Notes: generated from the letters alone by a model not told the origin. Counted from the stretch's first letter, positions 12,094-25,100 are shown. The stretch is 64,000 nucleotides of DNA from Pseudogymnoascus verrucosus (GCA_001662655.1 KV460230.1); one strand, 5' to 3'. Numbers and translations: made by a program.

Positions 12094-13794
12094 ATGGCTT
12101 CCCTCCTGCGCCAAATAATCGCAGGCCCGCGCGCGCGACACGCCGACTCCAACCTCGACTTATGCTATGTAACGCCATTCATAATAGCCACCTCCGGGCC
12201 CTCAGGCACATACCCCCAACTCGCCTACCGCAACCCCCTCGACAAGCTCGTCTCCTTCCTCGACAAAAGCCATGGCGAAGACTGGTGCATCTGGGAGTTC
12301 AGAGCCGAAGGAACAGGATACCCCGATAAGGAGGTGAGGGAAAAGGTCCGCCATTACCCGTTTCCCGACCACCACCCCCCGCCATTTGCGATCGTGCCGC
12401 TGGTTATGGCGAGTATGCGGAACTGGCTCACTGAGGGCGGGAAGAGGGACAGTATAGCGGGTATAGCTACAGATGGTGCAGCCAATGGAGCGAGTAAGGA
12501 AGCTACAGAACAAGCGCAGAAAAACGATACCAAGGCAGTGGAAAAACTAGACAAGAAACCAGGCAATGGCCGCGTGGTAGTCGTGCACTGCAAGGCTGGC
12601 AAAGGCCGCAGTGGCACAATGGCCTGCTCCTACCTTATCTCGGAATGCGGATGGAGCAAAGCCGAGGCGCTGGTACGCTTCACAGAGCGACGCATGCGCT
12701 CCGGCTTCGGACAGGGCGTCTCGATCCCCTCGCAACTGCGATACGTGGACTACGTATCTCGCTGGACGGCAGGGGGCAAGAAATACACCGAGCGCCCCGT
12801 CGAGATCATCGAAGTGCACACTTGGGGCCTGCGCGAGGGCGTCAGAGTCGGCGTGGAGATCTACACCGAAGAGGGCAAGAAAATCGAGACAGCGCATATC
12901 TTCAGTAAGGACGAGAGACTCGTAGTCGAGGGCGGCTCGCCCGGCGGCTCGGGGTTCAAGGACTGGGTCACCGATATGGCGAATCCCGCCCCCGCTGCCC
13001 CGTCCAAAAGCCGCACCATCGCCCTCGACGGCACGTACGGGAATGAGAACGAACCGACTAGCACTGCCAGCGAGCCAGTTTCCAACAACAACAACAACAG
13101 CACCCCCAGCATCGACAAGCCCGCTGCTCTAGCCCCGAAAATCGGCTTAGCTGCCAAATCCGCAAAAGAATCCGCATCAGCCGCCCTCCAGCGCGCCGCG
13201 ACAGGGAAGGAACCCGAATCCGAATCCGAAGCCGGCGGCCAAGCCGTCATTTTCCGCCCTTCCTCGCCGCTGATCCTACCAAGCTGCGATATCAATATTG
13301 ATTTCGAGCGGCGCCATCGCGCGCGCTATGGGATGACGATGGTTACTTCCGTGGCGCACGTGTGGTTTAACCCGTTCTTTGAGGGGAATGGACCTGAGCG
13401 CGGGGGAAAGCCGGAGGAGGACGGCGTGTTTGAGATTGAGTGGGAGAAGATGGATGGGATTAAGGGGTCGTTGAGGAAGGGGACTAAGGCCTTGGATCGC
13501 GTGGCTGTGGTGTGGAGGTTTGCGGACCGCGAGAGAGAGAGGGAGGTGGTGGAGCCGGGGGTGGAGAGTGAGGTCCCTGAGATGAGGGCGGCGGATTGGA
13601 GAGGGGGGGTGGGGGAGGGGAAGGTGTTGGGGTTGAGGAGGGAGATGGTGGATACGGCGGATGTTAGTAAGGCGAGTAGTGTGAGTGGGGAGGGGGAGGA
13701 GGTGGTGGATGAGGATGTGGAGGGGGTGAAGAGTAGTGGGCCGGGGGGGGAGGAGATTGGGGAGGTGGATGGGGCGGGGCCGGAGAAGAAATAG
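12094..13794 (+). CDS. TEP1: PTEN/TEP1-like phosphoinositide 3-phosphatase, single exon
   Basis: LDLCYVT, FPDHHPPP, catalytic HCKAGKGRSG, IPSQLRYV, C2-like HVWFNPFFEG. Confidence 0.92.
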   Translation: MASLLRQIIAGPRARHADSNLDLCYVTPFIIATSGPSGTYPQLAYRNPLDKLVSFLDKSHGEDWCIWEFRAEGTGYPDKEVREKVRHYPFPDHHPPPFAIVPLVMASMRNWLTEGGKRDSIAGIATDGAANGASKEATEQAQKNDTKAVEKLDKKPGNGRVVVVHCKAGKGRSGTMACSYLISECGWSKAEALVRFTERRMRSGFGQGVSIPSQLRYVDYVSRWTAGGKKYTERPVEIIEVHTWGLREGVRVGVEIYTEEGKKIETAHIFSKDERLVVEGGSPGGSGFKDWVTDMANPAPAAPSKSRTIALDGTYGNENEPTSTASEPVSNNNNNSTPSIDKPAALAPKIGLAAKSAKESASAALQRAATGKEPESESEAGGQAVIFRPSSPLILPSCDINIDFERRHRARYGMTMVTSVAHVWFNPFFEGNGPERGGKPEEDGVFEIEWEKMDGIKGSLRKGTKALDRVAVVWRFADREREREVVEPGVESEVPEMRAADWRGGVGEGKVLGLRREMVDTADVSKASSVSGEGEEVVDEDVEGVKSSGPGGEEIGEVDGAGPEKK

Positions 13795-14841
13795 GGGATT
13801 GCATTGGGATGGGTGGTATTGAGCGACTTGCATGATGGGAGCGTGGGCGAGAACTCGAGACTTTGCTTTATAAACAAGTTATAAGGCTTCGAGTGGGTGA
13901 CTAGATTGTAGCCCACGATGATGTTTTGGCATGTGGAGAGATAGAAACGGCTATCATATACTCTAGATTAGAGATATTCATAACACAGACAATTATTAAA
14001 AATCATTAAGGCATGCACGTATAATTTGATGGCGAAAGCATATTTGGGGAGAAAAATATATTTCAAAACTCAAGTCCATTGTCTGTCATGAGTATCTCCC
14101 ACTTCCAGCCTGCCGAACGAACAATGTCCACTGCAAACCGAGTAGGTTCCCAAGCACCAGAATGCAAAGTTGGTGAGCTTTGAGCGCGCTGGAATGTTGT
14201 TGGAAAATTGCTCGCTGTAAGACAACTGTGAAGAACCATGCCGTTTTGAAAACCGATGTTGTCGATAATGAAATGAGAAACTGGCCATTGACAACATTGT
14301 TGTTGATTTGGAGGTCTGGTTTAGCCACTGATGCCCTTTTGATAGACGAAGTGAGTTTTGATCTCTCTTTGCCAGAACATGTCTGTCCGGAGTGCCGTGT
14401 AATTGAAATCGAAAAATGGAAATTACTTGATGAATGACTTTACCGCATATCCTCCAGTAAACTCCGCGCCCTTCAGGTAAAAGTATTTCGAAAGTATTAA
14501 ATCCTCCTCGCATGCTCCGTAATAGTGACATCGTAGAATCGTGAAATCAGGACCGTTCGGAATGGCGTATAATTGAAGAAGAAGAAAAACGTAGTTTGTC
14601 CCGGTAAGGGTTTCCAGCACACCCACGAGCAAAGAAGTTGCCGTTCGAGTGAATATTCCCAGCGGTTGAATGTCAGAATAATAACCACTTCGAGTCCCTC
14701 CGTAATAATGCCCATCGCAAAATTGTGGACGAGGACTGCTGCAGCTCCATGGAGAAATATCCTTAGCACTTTGCCTGATTATTTTTCCTGCTCGCCGCAA
14801 GCCTGCAAATAAAACAGGCGTGGCAGCTCAAGCGCGCTCTT

Positions 14842-15704
14842 TCAAGCTAACTTTCTCTTCTTTGAAGATTTCGCCTCTAATCTCTCTGAGTTGCGTTCTA
14901 TCTCTAGGCTTTCTATGGTGCGTATGACACGTAGAATTGACACTGCACGGCAGTAATTGTTTTCATCGTGGTGGTGGTAATCGCATAATGGCAAATCCTT
15001 TAAAACACCCTTAAAACTGGTTTCGCGAGCTAGGCAACTAATCTCATTCAAAACTTGCGCAATGAAGCTTCTATCTTTGACGACGGCATCGAGATTAGAT
15101 GTATTTGATCTGTAAAAATCCTTTTCCGGATGCTGAAGTATATGCCATGCCCATGTGCGAGCAAAGTAAACCAACCCTAGCTTTGCAAAGATGCGAGGTA
15201 TTAGCAACAATGTAGCTGGTAATCTTCCTAAGTTCTTCAAGTGGGAAAGTAGAACGTTGGTGGATAATCCACGATGACATCGCCAGGTCGCTCAATGCAT
15301 CTAGGCAGTACTTGTTGGCAAACACGATTGTCTCGACCAGCTCCCACCTCGCTACACTCGAATTTTCTTGAGGCAAAAGATTGCGAACTATGTGACTGGA
15401 GAACGTCTCTGCCGAAGGAAAATAGAGCCACTGTGCGAAATTTTCGAATGCTTCATGACTATCATAGGGTAAAGTGGCCAGACCTGTCACTCCTTCTTTA
15501 AAGCCGCCGTCAAACATCTTGTAAAAGACGGGAGCTTTTTTTGCAAATAAATTCTTGTGAATAGAAAATGTCTTCTGCCTGTCGACTTGCCCAACCGTGA
15601 TTCGAACGATGTCTGACGTGAGCATACTAGCAAATATTAACGCTTGACAACTAATATGAGAGTAACCGGTAGCTGACTTACTCGACGAATTCATTGCGAT
15701 CCAT
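14842..15704 (-). pseudogene. BTB/POZ-domain protein gene with a frameshift near 15170; intron 15627-15681, probable 5' UTR intron 15723-15800
   Basis: Spliced MDRNEFVD|MLTSDIVRITVG...FSIHKNLF...FYKMFDGGFKEG...AFENFAQWLY (fungal BTB); the C-terminal half YFARTWAW...LCDYHHH is in another frame with no intron between. Confidence 0.65.
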
Positions 15705-15979
15705 TTTGGAAGTATTCGTATGCTAGATTTCTTGCCTTTAATATGTTAGTGGCTTTATCCCTCAGCAGCCTAGCTAATTCCAAGATCTGTTTGTACTTAC
15801 CAGAAAAAGTGAATTTGAGATGGATCTGGTAGCTACACTTGGTGGAAACCTGGATTCAAATGAAACTTGCAGGCAAGGCGGGCAGCATATGGTGAGGATG
15901 AGGAGTAGGTCTCTTTGTGAAGTTGTGTTCTGATGAGTCTGAAGATGATGAGTGTAGCGCCGACCTAGCAAGACCAGTT

Positions 15980-16195
15980 TGTGGTGGAAGAGGTGGTAGA
16001 AGAGGTGGTGGAAGAGGTGGTNNNNNNNNNNNNNNNNNNNNNNNNNNNNNNNNNNNNNNNNNNNNNNNNNNNNNNNNNNNNNNNNNNNNNNNNNNNNNNN
16101 NNNNNNNNNNNGAGGTGGTGGAAGAGGTGGTGGAGGAGTTTGAAGGAGTAGAGTTGGAGTTTGCTGAGGGAGTAGAGTTGGAGTTTGTCGAGGAA
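15980..16195. repeat. GGTGGTGGAAGA 12-mer tandem repeat plus two copies of GGAGTAGAGTTGGAGTTTG, flanking the assembly gap
   Basis: Units visible on both sides of the N-run. Confidence 0.8.
16022..16111. other. Assembly gap (90 N)
   Basis: Run of N. Confidence 1.
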
Positions 16196-16519
16196 GATGT
16201 TGAGCAGAGTGCGGAAGAAGAAAGAGTAAGAGGGTAGATCGGAGATAAGAAGAGAGGACAAGCAGGAGAGATCGGATAATCAGAAAAAGAAAGTGTAAGA
16301 GCAAGAGACATCGGAATAGTAGGCGAGATCGGAAGGCAAAAGAGTGATCCCAACGCAAGAAAGTAAAGGCAGACAGAACTGGAGAAAGGTGAGAATAAAA
16401 CATAAACAAACAAGCACTCCTCGATGAAGAGAACATAGGCCCGAAAAAAATCGGGTAACAGAAGTCACAGCCATGAGATTAGAAACAACCTCCCAAAATA
16501 ACCTCCCATTAGACTGGTC

Positions 16520-17452
16520 CTACCCCCGCTGCCACTCCTCCCAGGCCTCTACGACGTCGTCAAAGCCATCAGCCCCAAGTGCCCTTTGAACTTCTGATCT
16601 CCACCAGTGCGGGTTATCATCAGCCAAAGGGGACAAGTCCATCCCACCAGAAATTCGAAACTTGGTCCTAATCCAGCTCCGAGGGAAGTAACCAGCTATC
16701 TCAAAGTCGATGGTGCCAACCTTTCCCGACTTCGGCTCCTCCTCCACGATGATATTGGTAGGTCCAAGGTCAGCATGAGTAAAGACAAAATCCGTGCAGC
16801 CCATACCCATCGCCTCACATGCTGCCTGTAGATTCACCGAGCTGAAATCCTCGGGGCCGGAGAACTTCAGGAGGTGCGCTTCAGGTACGTTTTGCCCGTC
16901 CACGCCGCCAAACTCGAGTCCTTTCCACTCAGCCATCTCCCTGCAGATGTCTGCCACGGCTTTCACGTAGTGGCGTCGCCAGTACTCGTTTAGGCGTGGC
17001 CAAGCAGCATCCAGCGTCTGGCCGGGAACTCGCTTGAGAAAGAGGTATGATCGGTCGCTGCCAAAGGCATGGTGTATAACCATTGGCGTCTCGAAGGTAG
17101 GCTGCTGATCTCGGACAAAGTTAAGGGTGACTGATTCAGGTGTGACCCCCTTCTCAATATACCTGACTTTGCACATTGCATTACTTCCTATGGACCAGAC
17201 GGCGGAGGCGTCGCCAGCTTCATGAACTAGTTTGATATAGGGGCTGTCGAGTGGTGTTGTGGCAGAATGCGTAGAGGTAGTTGCTTCTGTGAGTGTGTAA
17301 CTTGAATTATCGACATCGTCATTCCATGTGGCCGCATCGGAGAGACAGGGTGATCGATGGAGGACAAGACCATCAATGAGCCAGGTGTCTAAATTAATTT
17401 GCTTCAGGGATTTGTTGATGTGATCCTCGCCCCATTTTCGCACTATGACCAT
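16520..17452 (-). CDS. Aminoglycoside phosphotransferase (APH)/kinase-like fungal protein, intronless
   Basis: Brenner-type FTHADLGPTNII, IDFEIAGYFPRSW and RVPGQTLDAAWPRL; ATG at 17452. Confidence 0.85.
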   Translation of the reverse strand: MVIVRKWGEDHINKSLKQINLDTWLIDGLVLHRSPCLSDAATWNDDVDNSSYTLTEATTSTHSATTPLDSPYIKLVHEAGDASAVWSIGSNAMCKVRYIEKGVTPESVTLNFVRDQQPTFETPMVIHHAFGSDRSYLFLKRVPGQTLDAAWPRLNEYWRRHYVKAVADICREMAEWKGLEFGGVDGQNVPEAHLLKFSGPEDFSSVNLQAACEAMGMGCTDFVFTHADLGPTNIIVEEEPKSGKVGTIDFEIAGYFPRSWIRTKFRISGGMDLSPLADDNPHWWRSEVQRALGADGFDDVVEAWEEWQRG

Positions 17453-18756
17453 TTTACGTAGATGGATCAATTGATTTTTAATGACGGTGTGGTTTGCTTA
17501 GCTTTACCTCGAGTGTATAACCTAGGTCTGGTGTAAAGATAGTTGAAGTACTCCTGGACAAATGCAACTATCCGAAATACCAGTGCTGGGGTGCGCCTCA
17601 GACCGCACTTTCTGTCACAACCGCCACACCCCAATGCTTAAATGGGAGGTGTCCTAAATAGTTGAACCTGATTGGACCCACTGCCTTCATTATAATGTTC
17701 TTTCCTATCAATGAGGCAATCTTTATAGGAATATAATTCTTCAGTTGTGGATGACGACCAACTACAAGGACAAAAACACTTCATATCACCAAACCATAAA
17801 ACGATAAACAAAATAATCCCATCATAATATTTCCCAAGAAGCGACCCCCGAATTAAACCATCACCATTCACACGAACCATCCCACAAACCCTCTTATAAG
17901 AATATATAAGCCATAAAGAACCAAAGAATCTAACTAATACATCCCTGACCCCCAGAAAAATGTTATCCTCGCCGCTGTTCGACGCACGAAAGAAAAGGGG
18001 TAGTGATATTATCTCTCACCTGGTATCACTTATCACCACGCATAATTCAAATAATTATCAAATTCCCAACCAATAAAAAAATTCAGCAACGAATAAGGAA
18101 TTATAACAACCACACAACTCCCACCACTCACACACAGACACGCCTACAAGTACAAGCACAGGCATAAAGACACAGCACAATCTTTGTAAAAAGAACCCAG
18201 TCTTGCGACTATTCCATTATAAAAATCCATCTAACATATCTATTATGAACGACAGGATCCCAATCTCGCATCCCATTCATTCCCCGCCCCCAACGCCAGC
18301 ACAAACTCCCTGCAGACAGCCATAGCCATAGCATAATTCATAAAATTCCCATTCTCCCTTCTGACCCGATCCCAATCTGGCGGGTCTGTCTCATCCAATG
18401 CCTGGGTACCGCATATTCCCCATCCCCACCTCTTGATAACCTGTCATAATATCCCCCACCCCCACCCATCCCAAAAATGAGAAACAAAGCTCTGCGCTCT
18501 CGGGTCATCATCATCGCGCCCCCCAAAAACATATCAATGGTATCTAGAAAGCGCACAAAAAAGTATAAAACAAATCGCGCAATCTCGCGACCGCGCGCGC
18601 GCAAAAATGCAGCTGCATCTATCGCCTCTAAAAAAAATTCCGACGACAACCAGATAAGAGAATCTCATAATTCGTCATAAAAGCGCCATTCAAGCCGGAG
18701 GCATTGTAGCTCTGCCAGGCTTGGTGGGCTCCGTGGGATATCATAGGGCGGGTCGA

Positions 18757-20679
18757 TCATACGACGGCGCCTTCTTCGTCGGCCACCACCTCGTCCACGT
18801 CTTTGCGGAAACCCTTCTCTGACATCCTCATGGCGATCGCCGCACCCGCAATGGAAATCAGCGCTGTGAACCACCATACGATGCCGAAGTACCCGACTTG
18901 AAAGCCAAGGGCGAAGAGCGAACCGGAAATGATAGGTCCGAGACCGCGGCAGAAACTTGCTGTCGATGAGGCAGCGCCGTTGATGGTGCCGAGGAGGAGA
19001 AGAGAGGGCGCTGTGTTGGCGAGAAGGATGTTCGTGGCTGGGAAGGCGAAGTTGGCGAATGTGGTTTTCCAAGCCAGCAGCGGGATCAGGCCGATGAGAC
19101 GGTAGGGTTCGGGGAGGAGAATGACGTAGGGCGTGACGATGTAGAGGATGGGGTAAGAGAAGGCGACGAGTTTGAAGAGGTTGAGAGGTCCTAGTCGTTT
19201 GACGGCGTAGGGGAAGAGGACGAGGGTAGCGAACATGGAGTAGGCGCCTTGTGCCATGAGGATGAAGCCGATATCTTTGGTGTTCATTGCCCAGCCGCCA
19301 AGGAATTTGAAGGGTAGACTAATCACAGCATCTTTTGTTTCGGGGTGGGCAAGGAGGACGGGGAGCAGTTGGTCAAAGGTGATAGTGTGGCTGTCATGGT
19401 CAGCCTTGAACGTCCACGGGGGCAGTATTTTAGACTTACTAAGCTAGAATCCCGTAGCCAGCAATGTTGAGGATGATCTGTTTCGTGAACGGGTTCAACG
19501 GGGCTTCTTTTTCAGGCTCTGAGTTGTTGCTATCGAGGCTTATGATGTCTAAAATCTCTGGCTGAGTTGTGACCGGGATCTGCGGTGATGCTTCGGTGCT
19601 TTGATACCGTGGCAATTGCTCGAAGTCGTCAATTAATAACTCGGTCTCCGACATTAACGCCATGCTCTTCTCAGATTTAAGGTCGTTCACGTCCTCTGCT
19701 CGTTGAAAGGCTCCGAAAATGCGTTTGCCCATCTCCAAGCCGACGTCTCTCTCGTACTTCTTCTCGTGATGCGTCTCTTCGAGAAAGAAGAATCCAACCA
19801 AGACACCGAGTACAACCACGGACGTGCAGAAAAGGTTGGGCAAGAGGAATGGGAATCGCTCAAAGATGGTTCCTGGTGGGAATAGGCTAGGATAGTGTTT
19901 GCATGGCTCTGCGAGCGCACCACCAAGAACAGGACCCAAGATCGATCTATGTTTGAGAATTAGCGCATCCAAGAAGTATGGATTCTCAAAACTTACCCTA
20001 GACTCCAAACAAATGGCATGATAGAGTATGCACGGGCTGTCGACAAGTTAGCATGATGAGAATGACATATTAGCGAACCGGTACTGACGCTGATGTTCCT
20101 TCACGGTAGCCAATTCCGCCACCGTAGTTTGCAAGACTCCTATATTTCTGCCACACATATGTCAGAATTTGGAGGAAGGACAGGGTTACGAGTATCTTAC
20201 CCGTTCAGTAGACCACCTAATGCCCTTGCAATAATCGCTACGTAGATGTTTGGGGCGAATCCGAAGACCAGCATGCTTAATCCTGTCCCCGCAAGACCCG
20301 TCAAAAGTACTGGCTTCCGACCAATCCGGTCACTGAGCTTCCCCCAAAGCATGCCCGACGAGAATTCCGCAAAGGTAAAGGCGGCTGTTACCACCCCGGC
20401 GTACATGGAAATGGTTGGGTCTTTATGGTCAAACCCGAAGGACTCGATCATGGCGTAGATGTAGGGGAAAATCGACATGAAGGCTATCGGTTCACATATC
20501 CGACAAAGACCTGCGGAGCATGTTAGCGATCTAATTGCAAGCGCGCCTGGGCAAGAAGCCTTGTTGGGCTAGTGAGGTGCCATTTCTGAATACTCACTGA
20601 GAATGAACAGCTGTTTCGTGGGGAAGGGTTTGGAGGCCCCTATCGTGCCTGGCCGCCTGGAGTCCATCATTGTCTTCAT
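18757..20679 (-). CDS. MFS transporter (DHA1/ZIF1/YCR023C-like), multi-exon
   Basis: FPTKQLFIL|LCRICEPIAFMSIFPY; MFS motif A WGKLSDRIGRKPVLL; LGPVLGG; LGTINGAASSTASFCRGLGP; several short GT-AG introns. Confidence 0.9.
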
Positions 20680-21957
20680 GTGAGAAATACGATGACGGTG
20701 TTGGGGATCAATCCCGAGAGCTCCTGAGATATGAAGGTAAGGTGTGAAGGTGAACTAGGCGAAGAGTGGTGAGAGGTAATGGCTAGTTGACTTTGTATCT
20801 GTGCGGAGGGCGACTTTCATATAGGGATGGTGTTTGCTATATGGGGCGATTATAAAGGCTTGTCTTCCCAAACGAGCACTCAAACCATGCAGGAGATCCT
20901 CAGCAGATCCTGATTGTCTCAGTCATGGATGGTAGTGTGCCGACGTAAGTAAGATGAAAGGTGGATGGCGGGGTTTGAGAAAGCTGGAGAATGTTGGAGA
21001 GTATGAAGATCAATCACAATGCATCGTCACAAAAAAAAAAAAAGGGTTGAGGTGGAAATGGATGTCATCTTATCGTGGGAAACAAGGGCCACATTTTGTG
21101 ACTGAGAACGGGGCGACCCTGCCGACTGGTTACCCCCGGGGCGGTGCAGGCGGTGCCAACACGGATGTGTGACAGTGCCCATCGCCAATGGGAAATAATC
21201 AACGGGTCTAGTGATGCTGGGGCGGACATTGCGGTGGAGGGAGGAGCGGATGGGAGTGGAGGCCGGCAGGAGGCAGGAGACAGGCAGACAGGCGTTGGGG
21301 GTGGGAACGCGGTGAGCACAGTTGGTAGCGCGTACGGGGCGGATGTGACGACCGGGATCACTCACTCCTCTTAGTATCGTTCCTCCGCCCCCAGATTACC
21401 TTTTCCGGCTCTGGTGAGATCCCTGGTACCGGGGGGCTATTCTGAGGGGCGAAGAAGGTGGGGGGGGGGGTTAGGGGGTAGGGGGAGGAGGAAGCACTGA
21501 CCGGACGACGGCACTTTCTTTCCTCACTTTCTTCGCTTTTTTGACCAGGGATTGAGATCAGCGACTTGTCTGTAAGTACTAGGGTGTGCCGAACGGACTT
21601 CCTCCCTGGTTGGCGGGCCTTGTTTGGCGCCCTTAGGTGGACGGAGGGGACAAGAGGAGAGAGAAAGAGACAGAAAGCCCACAAGGAGGAATAAGGAGCC
21701 AACAAGGGGCGAAGTACCGCAGGTTTGTTAGTAAGTAGCATTTAAGTGAAAGTGGGTGGCTGAGTTGAAAGATTCTACCTGTAGAATTATGTAGGATACC
21801 TATAGAAACCCCCCACTATATGTCGATTGTACATCCCATGCATGCATGCATTATAGAGAGGATAGCGTATTGAATTCTGATATGCATATGTATACATAAG
21901 ACATACTTAGTACGGTACATGAGTTGGGTTGGCGCATTGGTGGAGATGTGGAGATTA

Positions 21958-22135
21958 CTGTGGGATATGTGGGATATGTGGGATGTGTGAGATGTGTACT
22001 ACGATGTGAAGGTTTGACGGTGACGTATCCCCTGTATCCCCTGTATTAACTGTATCACCTGTACTAAACTCACAACACTAAACACCACTAACACCACTAA
22101 CACCACTAACATCACTACTCTAACACCACTACTCG
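21958..22135. repeat. Degenerate 9-nt-period tandem repeats (TGTGGGATA, TATCCCCTG, CTAACACCA)
   Basis: Directly visible consecutive 9-mers. Confidence 0.65.
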
Positions 22136-25100
22136 AGTAACTTCCCAGCGGTGTCACAGCTTCCGCGATGTTCTTCCGTGATGTGAGATTCCTTCCTCCT
22201 TCCAATAGCCAGGAGGAACAGTAGTAACTGACAACCAGCAGCAGCAAACGCCAGTGCATAAAGTCTCGGGTGTACATATTTGGAAACCGAGTGCAAGTGG
22301 GAAGGAACGAAGGGGCCCATGTGACTTCCTGTCGTCAGCTTCTCTTTCCTTATTGTACTATACTGAAACTCGTATCCCCCAGAAATAACCCAATCCAACT
22401 CTTCTATGAGCGAGCACTGCACGGCACAGCAGAAGTACAGACTCCCTCCATCAGCTGACGCTTGTTGGGAGCCGATGGGCTGAAGGGAAACAACGAGTAA
22501 CCAGCTTGATTTTTTTCCTAGCCGCGCCTATCATCCGTTTGCCCACGCTGAGAAAGCCAACAAACAGGTCAGTCATAAGGCAGAAGATCATATGGATGTG
22601 ATGCTGTACACGCGCATACGGGCATCAGCTTCGGCTGGCGCGGATAGGGAATGCCGCTGCCCTCCCCCCCGTTCCCCGTCCTATGGTAAGGGGTCAGCCA
22701 CCGGGAAGGGAAAGAAAAAAAAAGTTCAGTTTGTCCGGGATAGGAGAAGGCGCGCGGAAGGTCATTTTTTCTCGATATTTCCCCATTGCTCTCTGCACAG
22801 TGCATGAAGAGTACAGCAGCGTTACACTCATTATGATCATCAGGGTCGAATGAGGCGTGCATGGCAGACCAAGGCATTCTATTATTCCACTACTGTACAC
22901 GCACCACACAGCCCGAGAACAGACAAGAGCATATCCATCCGGCTCTGCACAAAACGATCCCGCTGCACAAAATCATACTGCACAACATTATGGTGCATTG
23001 CACAAGGGGATAAGCCTTGAAGAGTGGCGCCTCCAGGTCCAGTGATCTAGCAAATTCCAGATCACATATCCTTACGGAGCATGGCAGACAAGGATCGGGG
23101 CGACATGTTGTTTGTTCGGGGGCCCGGGGCATGAGGAAAGCGGGGCTCGATCAAACAAAAAACACGTCCAAGGGGCTGGCTGAGCCGACCCCCGTCCCCC
23201 CGGTGAAGCGGATTCCCCCCCGTGCCCCCAAAATCATGTCTCCAATTGATTTTTTGTCTCATCTCAACTTTGGGTATTGCATCGCGCTACCCAACTTTGA
23301 CACCACTCAGTATGTCACCGATACATGCCCAGCCAGAGGCCGGCGTGCATGTCCGCCCCGTATGTGCTACTCGTCCTGTGCGTCTCGTCTGATTATCGCT
23401 GATCTGTTTCTCAATTCCCCCATGCTGGCGTTTGTTTGTGACCAGGACTAGCCGCCTTGGGGTGTTGGTCCACGGCAGTGTAATATGACAGCGTTTGAAT
23501 GGAGCAAAGCGACTCGCTGGCCACCACTTGCGGCCTACGTATGCCAAGAGCCCCAACTAATGGGGGGCCTATCGAACACAACTCCGCCCGAGCCAGCTCG
23601 GCGTGGTCCTCTCTTCCTGGCCCTTGCTCCTTGTTGGAAATGTGATATGTGATATACGACCTGAGACGAGACTGGCTTGAATCGTCAACTCTGTGCGCTC
23701 CCCGGCGCCAACGGTCGCCATGCAGCAGATCATGATGGCGCTCACCCAACGTGCTGGAGCCGGAGCGGAGACGGAAGGGGATACAGTACAAATACAACAA
23801 ACTTTACAGTCCATTCGCAAGCTTCGCCGTACGGGATGTGCCCACGGAGCAAACTCAGCCAGCCTCCCAACTCACCTCCCGACTGGCCATCACCTCGCCG
23901 GGAGATGAGAAGATCCCCTTCTCACGACCATCAGCACAGGAGATGTAACGCAGGGATGACCCCCACCCTAAGGCAACAGTTGTTGCTCCCTTCTCCAACA
24001 GCCATTTGTCACAATCCTTCCCCCAGCGATCCCCCACAAAACCAACACGCGTAATAAGCAGCGTAGGCTGGGATGCTATTCTCGTTCTGCAGCAAATGCA
24101 CGCTGGGAAACCCAGTGATGGCGCTCAGATCACGACCTGGCTGGTTTGCACGCGCGCTCGGACGCAAGAAATACGAGAGTGCCTCTTTTTTTTGGAGACA
24201 GAGGTGGGCCGGTGTTGGGGTGATTGCCCGATCGGTATGGTGAGCACGCACTCACCGTCTCCGCGGGCAGGGAAATGGGAGAGTTGCCAAGGACAGTGAG
24301 AGCCAGCCAATGAGACTGAACTGTGAACCGTACAAGAGGGTGTTGAGACGGAATACTCAGATGGGTGTTAGGGCGGTGCCTGTGTAGTGTGGGGGGGGGA
24401 GAAGTTTGGGATACGGGATAGGAGACGGGATAAAATGGATGGCCACGGGATTTGAGTATAAACGGCGCTGCTATTATACTCCACACTGGTAAGTACCCTT
24501 TGTTTGCTGGAGATGTATAAGACGGGTACTACTAGCACACAAAAGACCAAATGGAATAGGGATAAGGGATAAGAAGCACAGACAGGCACGGATACTACTC
24601 GTCGCTTGGCACTCCAGGTGCGTGGTCACTGGTAACATTGCATGCCGATCCATGCTAGCCCAATCTGTCCAACTCACTGCCGGGATCAAGCTAGTAGGGC
24701 AAGGAGTGAGTTAGCTTGGCCGAAGTAACATGACAAGCCATGCGCGCGCATCGCAGCGCACTATTGGACTGCTGGTACTATTGGCAGTTGGCCACAATAA
24801 AAATCGAGGGTCCCCATCTGCGCCTGTCTGTGTGCCGTACGAGTAATTGCATTACAGTAGTTCGCGGCACCGGGAAAGGGGAAAATCACAGGACTGGTCT
24901 CGTGATCCCCGGTCGCATCTTCCGAAACCAGAAGGGGTGGGGGAAGGCGGGGGGGTTTGGGGGGGTTGGACGCGGTCTGGATTGAGGCGGTGAGCGGTGA
25001 GCAAAAGTTAGGAAGTTGTTAATTCCGCGTGAATCTGCGAACCCCACTCTCTTTCGACTGTGCGACGGTTAATATGGCGTAGTAAGGAAGTATGGGTTCT

